DNA from: a bacterium | GTDB taxonomy: Bacteria; SZUA-182; DTGQ01; JAFGSM01 | Direction of reading: 5' to 3' | NCBI GenBank assembly: GCA_049472315.1 | Contig: JBLIRN010000041.1 | Location: forward strand, 1 to 24,543 | DNA length: 24,543 nt | Shown here: in pieces, positions 17,722 to 24,543 of the stretch | How positions within the stretch are numbered: position 1 is the stretch's first letter | How the letters are laid out: each line of letters begins with the position of its first letter | Made by a program: the position numbers and the translations under genes | Notes under the pieces: generated by a model | Databases searched by the model: none | What the model saw: only the letters and a program-made list of their open reading frames with translations | Told to the model about the DNA's origin: nothing

Positions 17722-18297
17722 CTACAGGTTCACCTCGGGCACCTGCCGGGCGGCCTCCTCGATCTCGTAGTAGGTCCCCTTTTCGAATCCGAAGATGGAT
17801 GCGAAAACCTTGGTGGGGAACCGCTGTATGGCGGTGTTGTAGAACCTGACCGCCTCGTTGTACCTGCGGCGCTCCGTAGCGATCCGGTTCTCGGTCCCTG
17901 CAAGTTCGTCCATCAGCCTGATGACCGTCTGGTCCGACTTCAGGACCGGGTAGTTTTCCATGATGGCGAACAGCCGTCCCAGGACCGTGTCCATCTGCCG
18001 GGCTGCATCGATCCGGTCGGGGATCTCCCGTGCGCCCGCCATCCTCGCGCGGGCATCGGCGATGTTTTCGAAGATCTCCCGCTCCTGCTTCATATACCCC
18101 TTGACGCTGTTCACCAGGTTGGGGATCAGGTCGTTTCTCCGCTGGAGCTGGTTGTCCACCTGCGCCCACGCCCCGTCGATGCTCTCCCGCAGGGTGACCA
18201 TGTTGTTGTACTGGCCCACCACATAGCCGATGACGATGAGGAAGAAAATAAGGACTATCCCGAGTATCCCCAGGACCCATATCCAGACCTTTTTCAT
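17722..18297 (-). CDS. lemA: LemA family protein
   Basis: N-terminal TM helix, [49 protein letters not shown] overlap with glnS. Confidence 0.96.
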   Translation of the reverse strand: MKKVWIWVLGILGIVLIFFLIVIGYVVGQYNNMVTLRESIDGAWAQVDNQLQRRNDLIPNLVNSVKGYMKQEREIFENIADARARMAGAREIPDRIDAARQMDTVLGRLFAIMENYPVLKSDQTVIRLMDELAGTENRIATERRRYNEAVRFYNTAIQRFPTKVFASIFGFEKGTYYEIEEAARQVPEVNL

Positions 18298-20009
18298 GGC
18301 TGTTGTCTCCCCTTTTGCTGGGCCTTTTCGATCTTGGCCCAGGTGTCGCGAAGTGTTACCGTCCGGTTGAATACCGGTCGTGTGTCGGTTGAATCAACGG
18401 AGTCCACGCAGAAGTATCCCTGCCGCAAAAACTGGTAGCGGCTTTCCGGGGCCGCGCCTGCAAGGCCCTGTTCCACCCGGCAGTTCGTCAATACCTCCAG
18501 GGAATGCGGATTGAGGAAATCCTTGAAATCGGCACCCGCCTGTTCCCCGGCGGGATCTTCCGTGGCAAAGAGGTGGTCGTAGAGCCGCACCTCCGCCTTG
18601 ATGGAGTGGGGCGCAGAGACCCAGTGCAGGGTCCCCTTCACCCTCCTGCCCTCGGGGTGCAGGCCGCTCTTTGTGTCCGGGTCGTAGGTGCAGTGCAGCT
18701 CCGTCACCTCACCGGTGCCCGGGTCTTTAACCACCCGCTCGCACCTGATGATGTAGGCGTGCTTCAGGCGCACCTCGGCGCCCGGGGCAAGGCGGAAGTA
18801 CTTTTTGGGCGGCTCCTCCCGGAAATCCTCCTGCTCGATATAGATCTCCCGGCAAAAGGGGATGGTGCGCGTGCCCATGCCCGGGTCCTCCGGATTGTTT
18901 TCTGCAACAAGGTCCTCCACCTTCCCCTCCGGGTAGTTGTCGATGATCACCTTCAGGGGGCGCAATACGGCCATCACCCGGGGGGCCCGCTTGTTGAGAT
19001 CCTCGCGTATGTAGTATTCCAGCAGCGCGATGTCCACCATGCTCTCCCGCTTTGCCACCCCGATGCGATCGCAGAAGCTGCGAATGGCCTCCGGGGTATA
19101 GCCGCGGCGACGCAGCCCGGCAATGGTGGGCATGCGCGGGTCGCTCCATCCGGACACATATCCCGCCTGCACCAGCTCGATGAGCTTGCGTTTGCTCAAT
19201 ACGGTGTGGCTGAGGTTGAGGCGGGCGAATTCAATCTGCTGGGGATGGCAGGGCACGTCGAGCTGGTCCAGGAACCAGTCGTACAGGGGGCGGTTGTTCT
19301 CGAACTCCAGGGTGCAGATGGAGTGAGTGATGCCCTCGATGGAATCCGAAATACAGTGGGTGAAATCGTACATGGGATAGATGCACCATAACCGGCCGCT
19401 CCGGTGGTGCTCTGCGTGCAGGATGCGGTACATGACCGGGTCCCGCATGGTCAGGTTGGGGGAGGCCATGTCGATCTTCGCCCTGAGCACCCGGGAGCCG
19501 TCAGGGAATTCCCCTTCCCGCATGCGTCGAAACAGGTCCAGGTTCTCCTCAACCGGCCGGTTGCGATAGGGGCTCTCCTTGCCCGGTTCGGTCAGGGTGC
19601 CCCGGTATTCCCTGATCCTGTCCTGGCTCAGGTCGCACACGTATGCCTTGCCCGCCTGGATGAGCTGCACCGCGTATTCGTAGAGCCGGCCGAAATAGTC
19701 CGAGGCATAGTAGAGGCGATCCTCCCAGTCGAAGCCCAGCCATCGCACATCCTCCATGATCGACTCCACATACTCTATCTCCTCCTTGCTCGGGTTGGTG
19801 TCGTCGAACCGGAGATTGCACAGCCCTTTGAATTCGGCGGCGATCCCGAAATTGAGGCAGATGGATTTGGCGTGTCCGATGTGGAGGAACCCGTTCGGCT
19901 CGGGAGGAAACCGGGTATGGACCCTCCCGTTGTTCTTGTTGTTCTTGATGTCCTCGACAATGATGGCCCGGATGAAATCCATGGTGGGGGCGGAATCGAC
20001 CGTGGTCAT
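18294..20009 (-). CDS. glnS: Glutamine--tRNA ligase
   Basis: [63 protein letters not shown]; no C-terminal YqeY domain. ATG at 20009 preferred. Confidence 0.98.
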   Translation of the reverse strand: MTTVDSAPTMDFIRAIIVEDIKNNKNNGRVHTRFPPEPNGFLHIGHAKSICLNFGIAAEFKGLCNLRFDDTNPSKEEIEYVESIMEDVRWLGFDWEDRLYYASDYFGRLYEYAVQLIQAGKAYVCDLSQDRIREYRGTLTEPGKESPYRNRPVEENLDLFRRMREGEFPDGSRVLRAKIDMASPNLTMRDPVMYRILHAEHHRSGRLWCIYPMYDFTHCISDSIEGITHSICTLEFENNRPLYDWFLDQLDVPCHPQQIEFARLNLSHTVLSKRKLIELVQAGYVSGWSDPRMPTIAGLRRRGYTPEAIRSFCDRIGVAKRESMVDIALLEYYIREDLNKRAPRVMAVLRPLKVIIDNYPEGKVEDLVAENNPEDPGMGTRTIPFCREIYIEQEDFREEPPKKYFRLAPGAEVRLKHAYIIRCERVVKDPGTGEVTELHCTYDPDTKSGLHPEGRRVKGTLHWVSAPHSIKAEVRLYDHLFATEDPAGEQAGADFKDFLNPHSLEVLTNCRVEQGLAGAAPESRYQFLRQGYFCVDSVDSTDTRPVFNRTVTLRDTWAKIEKAQQKGRQQP

Positions 20010-20124
20010 GGCGGCGCCCCCCCTGTTTCCCTGGCGTGAACGATCGTATTTCCGGCAGCATGCGGGTTTATCATTGCTCACCTCGACGTTGGGTGTCGTG
20101 TGGTTACCGAATACACGGAGGCAT

Positions 20125-20133
20125 ATTATACCA
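20125..20133 (-). promoter_or_regulatory. Extended -10 promoter element upstream of glnS
   Basis: TGGTATAAT (TGnTATAAT) on the minus strand; the -35 match is poor. Confidence 0.45.
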
Positions 20134-20319
20134 CATCGGGACGCGGATGGTTAAATAGGAGGGTGTACTGTCAGCAATTCTAATTTTAAACCTTACGTCC
20201 GGGGGCGCGGGCAGACATATGCCCGCAACAGTGCAAGGTCACAATCAGAATGGCCGGTGTTTCTTTAAGGGGGGTTTTCTGATTGACGGCAGCAGGATCG
20301 CACCCGCCGCCGTTCGTGC

Positions 20320-20357
20320 AAAAAAAGCGCGGAGGCCGTGTACGAACGGCCTCCGCG
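20320..20357 (-). terminator. Rho-independent terminator
   Basis: 12-bp stem CGCGGAGGCCGT/ACGGCCTCCGCG followed by T7 on the minus strand, 23 bp after the stop at 20381. Confidence 0.85.
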
Positions 20358-20380
20358 GTGTTATACAAGGTTATATAAGG

Positions 20381-20698
20381 TCATACAAGGTTATCCGGCC
20401 AATACTTGTCGATCTCATCCTTAATGGAGGAAAGGATGGTTTCCGCGCTGTCAAGGCCCCTGGAGAACCATCGCTGGCAATCACTCCCGCTTATCTCATC
20501 GGTCTCGAAATCAGGGGCAAAACGAATGCTCACAAATTCACTCAGCTCCGAGGAACCTTCTCCGAAGATCATACGCAAGGCCTCTCTTGTGTTCTCGTGC
20601 CATTCCATAAAATCCGTTCCGTTCGATTCAGAACAACGCACGATCGCGATCCCCTCTATGACTCTGCTCAGAATGTTCAAGGCCTTTTGCTTTTCCAT
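20381..20698 (-). CDS. Hypothetical helical protein (105 aa)
   Basis: GGGGAGG ribosome-binding site, downstream terminator, amphipathic helical pattern. Confidence 0.75.
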   Translation of the reverse strand: MEKQKALNILSRVIEGIAIVRCSESNGTDFMEWHENTREALRMIFGEGSSELSEFVSIRFAPDFETDEISGSDCQRWFSRGLDSAETILSSIKDEIDKYWPDNLV

Positions 20699-20790
20699 GG
20701 TGTGTCCTCCCCATGATGAGTGACAAATGCCTTCTAATTAACCATCGGTTTTTGCACATAAGCCAATCGGCGGGCAGAGGGCATCATTGT

Positions 20791-20973
20791 TTACGCATCC
20801 TGCCTGGGGGAGATGGCCGGACACCTCTTTTTCTTTGCCCGGCACAGGCTGCACCTGCGATCGCTGCACCTCTGGCACGAATGGCAGTCAGGGCAATCAT
20901 GTTTTTTTGCTCCCTGGTGCGGTTCGGGTATATAGAGCCTTCCCTTCAGGCCCGGGATTCGTTTGAACGGCAC
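20791..20973 (-). CDS. Small Cys-rich protein (60 aa)
   Basis: GGAGG 9 nt upstream of GTG; CxxCxxCxxCxxxxCxxC cluster. Confidence 0.65.
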   Translation of the reverse strand: MPFKRIPGLKGRLYIPEPHQGAKKHDCPDCHSCQRCSDRRCSLCRAKKKRCPAISPRQDA

Positions 20974-21054
20974 CCTATGCTTCCTCCGGCCTGTTCACAC
21001 CGATGCCTGGTGCTGCCATGGTGAGGGCCCGGCACCGGTTCGCCGTGGTTGCGG

Positions 21055-21669
21055 TCAGGGTGTGGGAAGTGCAGCCAGCCAACTTGGCACCGCGTAATCG
21101 AAGAGCCCCATGAGACTGAGGTACCTGAGGATCATGGGATCGATGCTTGGATTATTCTGGGATGAGAGCATATAGGGGCCAAGCACCGCGCCGGAAAAGA
21201 AATGCACCCCGCCGGCAAGATAGTAGCTGAGGGGATCCGGATTAAAGAGGAACCTCTCCCGGGGCAGGTTTATCCACATGGCTGGACTCTGGGCAAGCGC
21301 CGCCGCATTGGGGAAATCACGAAGGGTATCAGCGACATTATAGATGTTCCAGAAGGGATATATGGAGATATTGTTGAACCATCCTATGGGCGGATAGAAC
21401 ATGTAGTAGCTTTTGGACGACCAGGCATTGGTGGGGAGCGGGTAATCGCCCGGTATCGCATACCAGGGGTATCCCCAGCATCCGCTTACCATGATCGACC
21501 CCGGAAGACTGGCTGCCTGGATGTATTCAAGGAGAGGATCAGAGAGAACACCCGGCGTATACGCCGGCCATCCCATCTGTGCCAGACAGTTCGTGCGATA
21601 GGCAGGTGATGCGCATACAATGATACCGCATACAAAAAGAATTACTATGCACCATGTTTGTTTTTTCAT
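21055..21669 (-). CDS. Secreted Pro/Tyr/Trp-rich hypothetical protein
   Basis: ATG at 21669 (MKKQTWC) with GAAGGGG upstream; signal peptide ending CLA-Q. Confidence 0.7.
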   Translation of the reverse strand: MKKQTWCIVILFVCGIIVCASPAYRTNCLAQMGWPAYTPGVLSDPLLEYIQAASLPGSIMVSGCWGYPWYAIPGDYPLPTNAWSSKSYYMFYPPIGWFNNISIYPFWNIYNVADTLRDFPNAAALAQSPAMWINLPRERFLFNPDPLSYYLAGGVHFFSGAVLGPYMLSSQNNPSIDPMILRYLSLMGLFDYAVPSWLAALPTP

Positions 21670-21838
21670 GCTCACTACCCCCTTCCTCACTGGTTACTAT
21701 TGCCATACATTCGATTGGTGCAACTATTCCCGTTATTTTGTAATGATTTTGCAATTTACTACTATAATTTTAAATTATGGCGAAAAAAAAATAAAGGAAT
21801 ACCAGGGGGGATATAGTGAAATATATTGATTTATCTAT

Positions 21839-22477
21839 TCAATCTTTAAGGGCCTCATGCCCCGGGGCATGCCCTGCCGCAACGGCGCCCTTTTCCTTGA
21901 AAACGATAACGACCATGGCACCCATTGCGCCGATGAGATCGGCAACAAGATCAAGTGACGTGTTTATATAGCCACCCACGCCGGTTTGCGGCATTACAAC
22001 CGTTGCCATGAATTCGATGATCTCGTTGAGCGCCCCCACGCCAAGTCCTGCCATCACCACCACAATGGATAAGCTGATCCATTTATTATGATTACCCTTT
22101 AGAAGCGGCTTGAGAAGATAATACATCGCCAGGGTGGCCACACCGAATCCGATGATATGCACAAACTGATCATACTTGAAGATATAATAGGGCTCTCCGA
22201 CAAGTGGTATAAGTATCAGCTCATAGAGGCGCCTTTCTCCCACATACAGCGATCCCCCGGACATGTGCAGGATCGCCCATATGGTGAGGCCCCAGAGCAC
22301 GATCGATGGGTAATTGATAATATGATTCGTGGATACGATAAGAACCAGAAAAAAGATGATAACGCCGACGTAGATCAGGAATTCGTAGTTTTGCCGTGAT
22401 ACAAAAAAGATGGTAAAGACGAGTATCGCACAGATATTGATGATCAATATCGGCCATTGTCCCTTTTTGATGAGCAT
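21839..22477 (-). CDS. DUF2238-like integral membrane protein
   Basis: Several TM helices; LHMSGG, YDQFVH, NEIIEF and NTSLDL motifs. Confidence 0.8.
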   Translation of the reverse strand: MLIKKGQWPILIINICAILVFTIFFVSRQNYEFLIYVGVIIFFLVLIVSTNHIINYPSIVLWGLTIWAILHMSGGSLYVGERRLYELILIPLVGEPYYIFKYDQFVHIIGFGVATLAMYYLLKPLLKGNHNKWISLSIVVVMAGLGVGALNEIIEFMATVVMPQTGVGGYINTSLDLVADLIGAMGAMVVIVFKEKGAVAAGHAPGHEALKD

Positions 22478-22596
22478 TGTTTTTCCTCTATTTTGTGAAA
22501 GGATACCGTGGAGTCATCCTTCTGGCGCTTTTTTCCATGAATGACCATCAAGTCCCTTTGGACTCTCGGGCATCGCCTCTTATACTTTTTTTAACC

Positions 22597-22700
22597 GGAG
22601 AACGTGAAAGGTGACCTGCCTGGTAACCCGACCACCCGTACCCGATGAACAAAGGAGGTCGCAACGGGTTCCCAGGTCAGGTCGAGCGCTCTTGTTCGGC
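22597..22700 (-). other. attC site 1 (last of the array)
   Basis: Minus strand: R'' GCCGAAC, L'' GCTCGACC, imperfect palindrome, L' GGTCACC, R' GTTCTCC. Starts 7 bp after the toxin stop. Confidence 0.8.
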
Positions 22701-22707
22701 TGTAACT

Positions 22708-23001
22708 CTATGAATTTATTCCCTCTGAGATATGCATAGCACTGTGAATTACTGCAAGAACATCTATTTGATCAGGTTTTATATAATAAATAATACGATA
22801 AGGACCCTCTATAACTTCTCGGATTTGCTCAATATCAAATTCTGGAACAATACGACCAGAGAAAGGGAAGGTACTGATTTGTTGAGATCGACGAGTTAGC
22901 CTATCTACAACAATTATTGCATATTCTGGAGAGTTTTGTGCTAAATAATCATGAATAGCATCAAGATGATGTCCTGCATTGTCAGTCCAATGTACCTTCA
23001 T
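22708..23001 (-). CDS. Type II toxin, RelE/ParE family
   Basis: MKVHWTDNA...L..I.DY, FPFSGRIVPE, IREVIEGPYRIIY, VLAVIH. Confidence 0.93.
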   Translation of the reverse strand: MKVHWTDNAGHHLDAIHDYLAQNSPEYAIIVVDRLTRRSQQISTFPFSGRIVPEFDIEQIREVIEGPYRIIYYIKPDQIDVLAVIHSAMHISEGINS

Positions 23002-23186
23002 TTGGGAAGTCTATATTTTGAACGAATTTCGCTCACATCCTTAGTCCTGCCGGCTTTACTATCCTCCAATCCTTTCTCAATAGTTTCGCGCACATAAATC
23101 TCATGAATAAAATCGTCCCATGTAGCACCTTCTGGCATCTTTTCAACAAGTTTGTGAGCTTGATCTTTTGTCATTATATTGGACAT
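22998..23186 (-). CDS. Cognate antitoxin (62 aa)
   Basis: ATGA overlap with the toxin; IEKGLEDSKAGR pattern typical of RelE/ParE partners; GGAGGT ribosome-binding site. Confidence 0.85.
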   Translation of the reverse strand: MSNIMTKDQAHKLVEKMPEGATWDDFIHEIYVRETIEKGLEDSKAGRTKDVSEIRSKYRLPK

Positions 23187-23205
23187 CGTATACCTCCATT
23201 TATCT

Positions 23206-23244
23206 ATTTGTTAATATGATAACAAATCAGCAAATGAAAAACAA
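23206..23244 (-). promoter_or_regulatory. Cassette-internal TA promoter with an overlapping palindrome
   Basis: TTGTTT (23244-23239), 17 bp, TGn-TATCAT (23221-23216); inverted repeat ATTTGTTA (23206-23213)/TAACAAAT (23220-23227). Confidence 0.6.
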
Positions 23245-23251
23245 TTCTTAA

Positions 23252-23348
23252 GCCGAACGAAAAAGCTAACCTGGCTTGCGACCAAATAAGAAAGGAGTTG
23301 GCATTTCACAGCCAGCCAAACAATCTCAGGTTGAGCGCCTTGTTCGGA
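23252..23348 (-). other. attC site 2
   Basis: Minus strand: R'' TCCGAAC, 5 bp, L'' GCTCAACC ... L' GGTTAGC, 6 bp, R' GTTCGGC; canonical spacing with the extra base in L''. Confidence 0.88.
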
Positions 23349-23646
23349 CGGAATTACGTTTTTTTAACCATTTCTTAAGCGATTCTTGACTCTCACCTGA
23401 TGGCTTCCCAGCCAATAAACCTTCTACACTAATATCCTCATCTATATCCTCCCAATGGATACCTTCTCCCTTGCCTATTAATCTCCAATTTTTGCGTTCT
23501 TCTTTGGTGGCATGTACAAGTCTTGGAAACCAGGCAAGAGGGACAGAGATTGTTCTACCATCACTTAAATCAACACATAGAGTATCTTCTGTTACAGTTA
23601 CAGCTATGGCATTTGGTATTTGTTTTTTAGTTGCCAAAATATTCAT
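23326..23646 (-). CDS. DUF2442 protein (DhiA-like putative antitoxin)
   Basis: LSDGRTISVPLAWFPRL..AT.EER.NW.LIG.GEGIHWEDIDEDISVEGLL; the stop codon lies inside attC2. Confidence 0.9.
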   Translation of the reverse strand: MNILATKKQIPNAIAVTVTEDTLCVDLSDGRTISVPLAWFPRLVHATKEERKNWRLIGKGEGIHWEDIDEDISVEGLLAGKPSGESQESLKKWLKKRNSVRTRRST

Positions 23647-23863
23647 CCCACTCCTCCATTAGCTTTTTTTGATATTCTTGAATGATTTTATAAATCTTAT
23701 TAATTTCTATTCGATTAAATCCTCCGCTTTTATCCAGTCTTATAGGATCAAGCCAAAATTTGGCTATTTTATTCTCGCATTCAACATGAATATGAGGGGG
23801 TTCATCAAAATCACCTGCATAGAAGAAAAATCTATATCGACCAATTCTGAGCACTGAAGGCAT
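23627..23863 (-). CDS. DUF4160 protein (DhiT-like putative toxin)
   Basis: MPSVLRIGRYRFFFY...EPPHIHV...AKFWLDP...W.EYF; overlaps the DUF2442 gene by 20 bp. Confidence 0.9.
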   Translation of the reverse strand: MPSVLRIGRYRFFFYAGDFDEPPHIHVECENKIAKFWLDPIRLDKSGGFNRIEINKIYKIIQEYQKKLMEEWDEYFGN

Positions 23864-23931
23864 TTAACTATATGACCTCTCAAATTGGTTATAGCTTATC
23901 AAAATGACAACGTTAATACTATATTTTCTCT

Positions 23932-23995
23932 GCCGAACGATCGAATTCACTTGCCCGAAGGCCGCAGGCCTGAGGGTCAATGTGAAATGAGTTGT
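23932..23995 (-). other. attC site 3, interrupted in its R'' box by a group II intron
   Basis: Plus (bottom) strand: GCCGAAC...ATTCACTTGCCC.AAGGCC/GGCCT.AGGGTCAATGTGAAAT GAGTT GT|. The expected GTTRRRY stops after GT. Confidence 0.8.
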
Positions 23996-24543
23996 GTACG
24001 CCCGGCATGGGTGTGAACTTATGGGGTGAAAGTCCCCTGTATGTAAACCCTGTTAATGGTTAAGTATACGTTAACAAAAGTATTAGCCGAAGACAAGGGC
24101 GGAACCGCGAGGGACCGTCTGAAGGAAGTCCGAGTGCAAAGCTATGAGCCGACGAACAGAAATAGCATATAAGGCCCAGTCTCCGGGCAAGTCAGCACCA
24201 CATGACGAAGCCCCGGGTTCGGGAGATAGGGTAAATGCTGCGGTTGTGTAGCGAAAGTTCACGTTCTTATCCGGGGAGATCTGTCCGGCTTAGCCGTGTC
24301 TTTTCCCGCCTGTATAAGCGACCAGTCAGGCCACTGGTGAACCAAGCCTGGGCGCATGGTGAGGCTGCCGAACCATGCGAGCGAACAAAGGCAGCAAGCA
24401 GCCGGGAAATCATGGCGCGTCACGGAGCAATCCCTGGCGTGATCGGGCAGAAGTCAGCAGAGGCCATAGTAGCCAAACGCCCGGGGTAATGCCCGGGACA
24501 TGGTGAAGGGCCGAACACAGAGAAAGGAAAAGGAGCAGCTATG
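23996..24543 (+). mobile_element. Group II intron, class C (attC-targeting type), 5' part; continues beyond the window
   Basis: 5' end GTACGCCCGGCATGGG, GGGGTGAAAGTCCCC hairpin, TTAGCCGAA.ACAAGGG...CTGAAGGAAG, CCGGGGAGATCTG, domain III AGAAGTCAGCAGAGGCCATAGTA...GAAGGGCCGAAC, then AAGGAG and ATG at 24541 (probable RT/maturase start). Confidence 0.92.

Noticed and set aside
1768..20154. Many long antisense or alternate-frame ORFs overlapping lepA, hemW, gltX, glnS and others
   Set aside because: Expected shadow ORFs of high-GC coding sequence; each overlaps a better-supported gene.
21839..22477. DUF2238 gene as a further integron cassette
   Set aside because: No attC-like R''/L''/L'/R' structure downstream of its stop.
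24235..24489. 84-aa ORF
   Set aside because: Lies within intron RNA domains I-III; the intron ORF most likely starts at 24541.
1..24543. CRISPR array, rRNA, integron integrase
   Set aside because: No regularly spaced repeats, rRNA signatures or tyrosine-recombinase ORF seen.

Overview
Chromosomal window from a GC-rich diderm bacterium (Desulfobacterota-like or a candidate phylum; taxonomy is inference). Left part (1-7014): four uncharacterised secreted proteins rich in Pro/Tyr/Trp, plus a NarL-type regulator. Middle: lepA-hemW, an AT-rich outer-membrane beta-barrel gene whose terminator is followed by a decayed group IIC intron 5' fragment, a DUF6901-like gene, a receiver / hybrid histidine kinase pair, a ~310-nt structured region behind a consensus sigma70 promoter that I cannot assign to a known RNA family, a PaaI thioesterase, and gltX-tRNA-Gln-tRNA-Glu facing glnS-lemA across a MITE/REP-like element. 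Right end (22597-24543): the distal end of an integron cassette array on the minus strand. It has three attC sites and two toxin-antitoxin cassettes (RelE/ParE type and DUF4160/DUF2442). The third attC is split at TTGT| by a class C-attC group II intron in the opposite orientation, whose probable RT start codon is the last three bases of the window. No integrase is visible. All calls come from reading the sequence by eye; no database searches were run.
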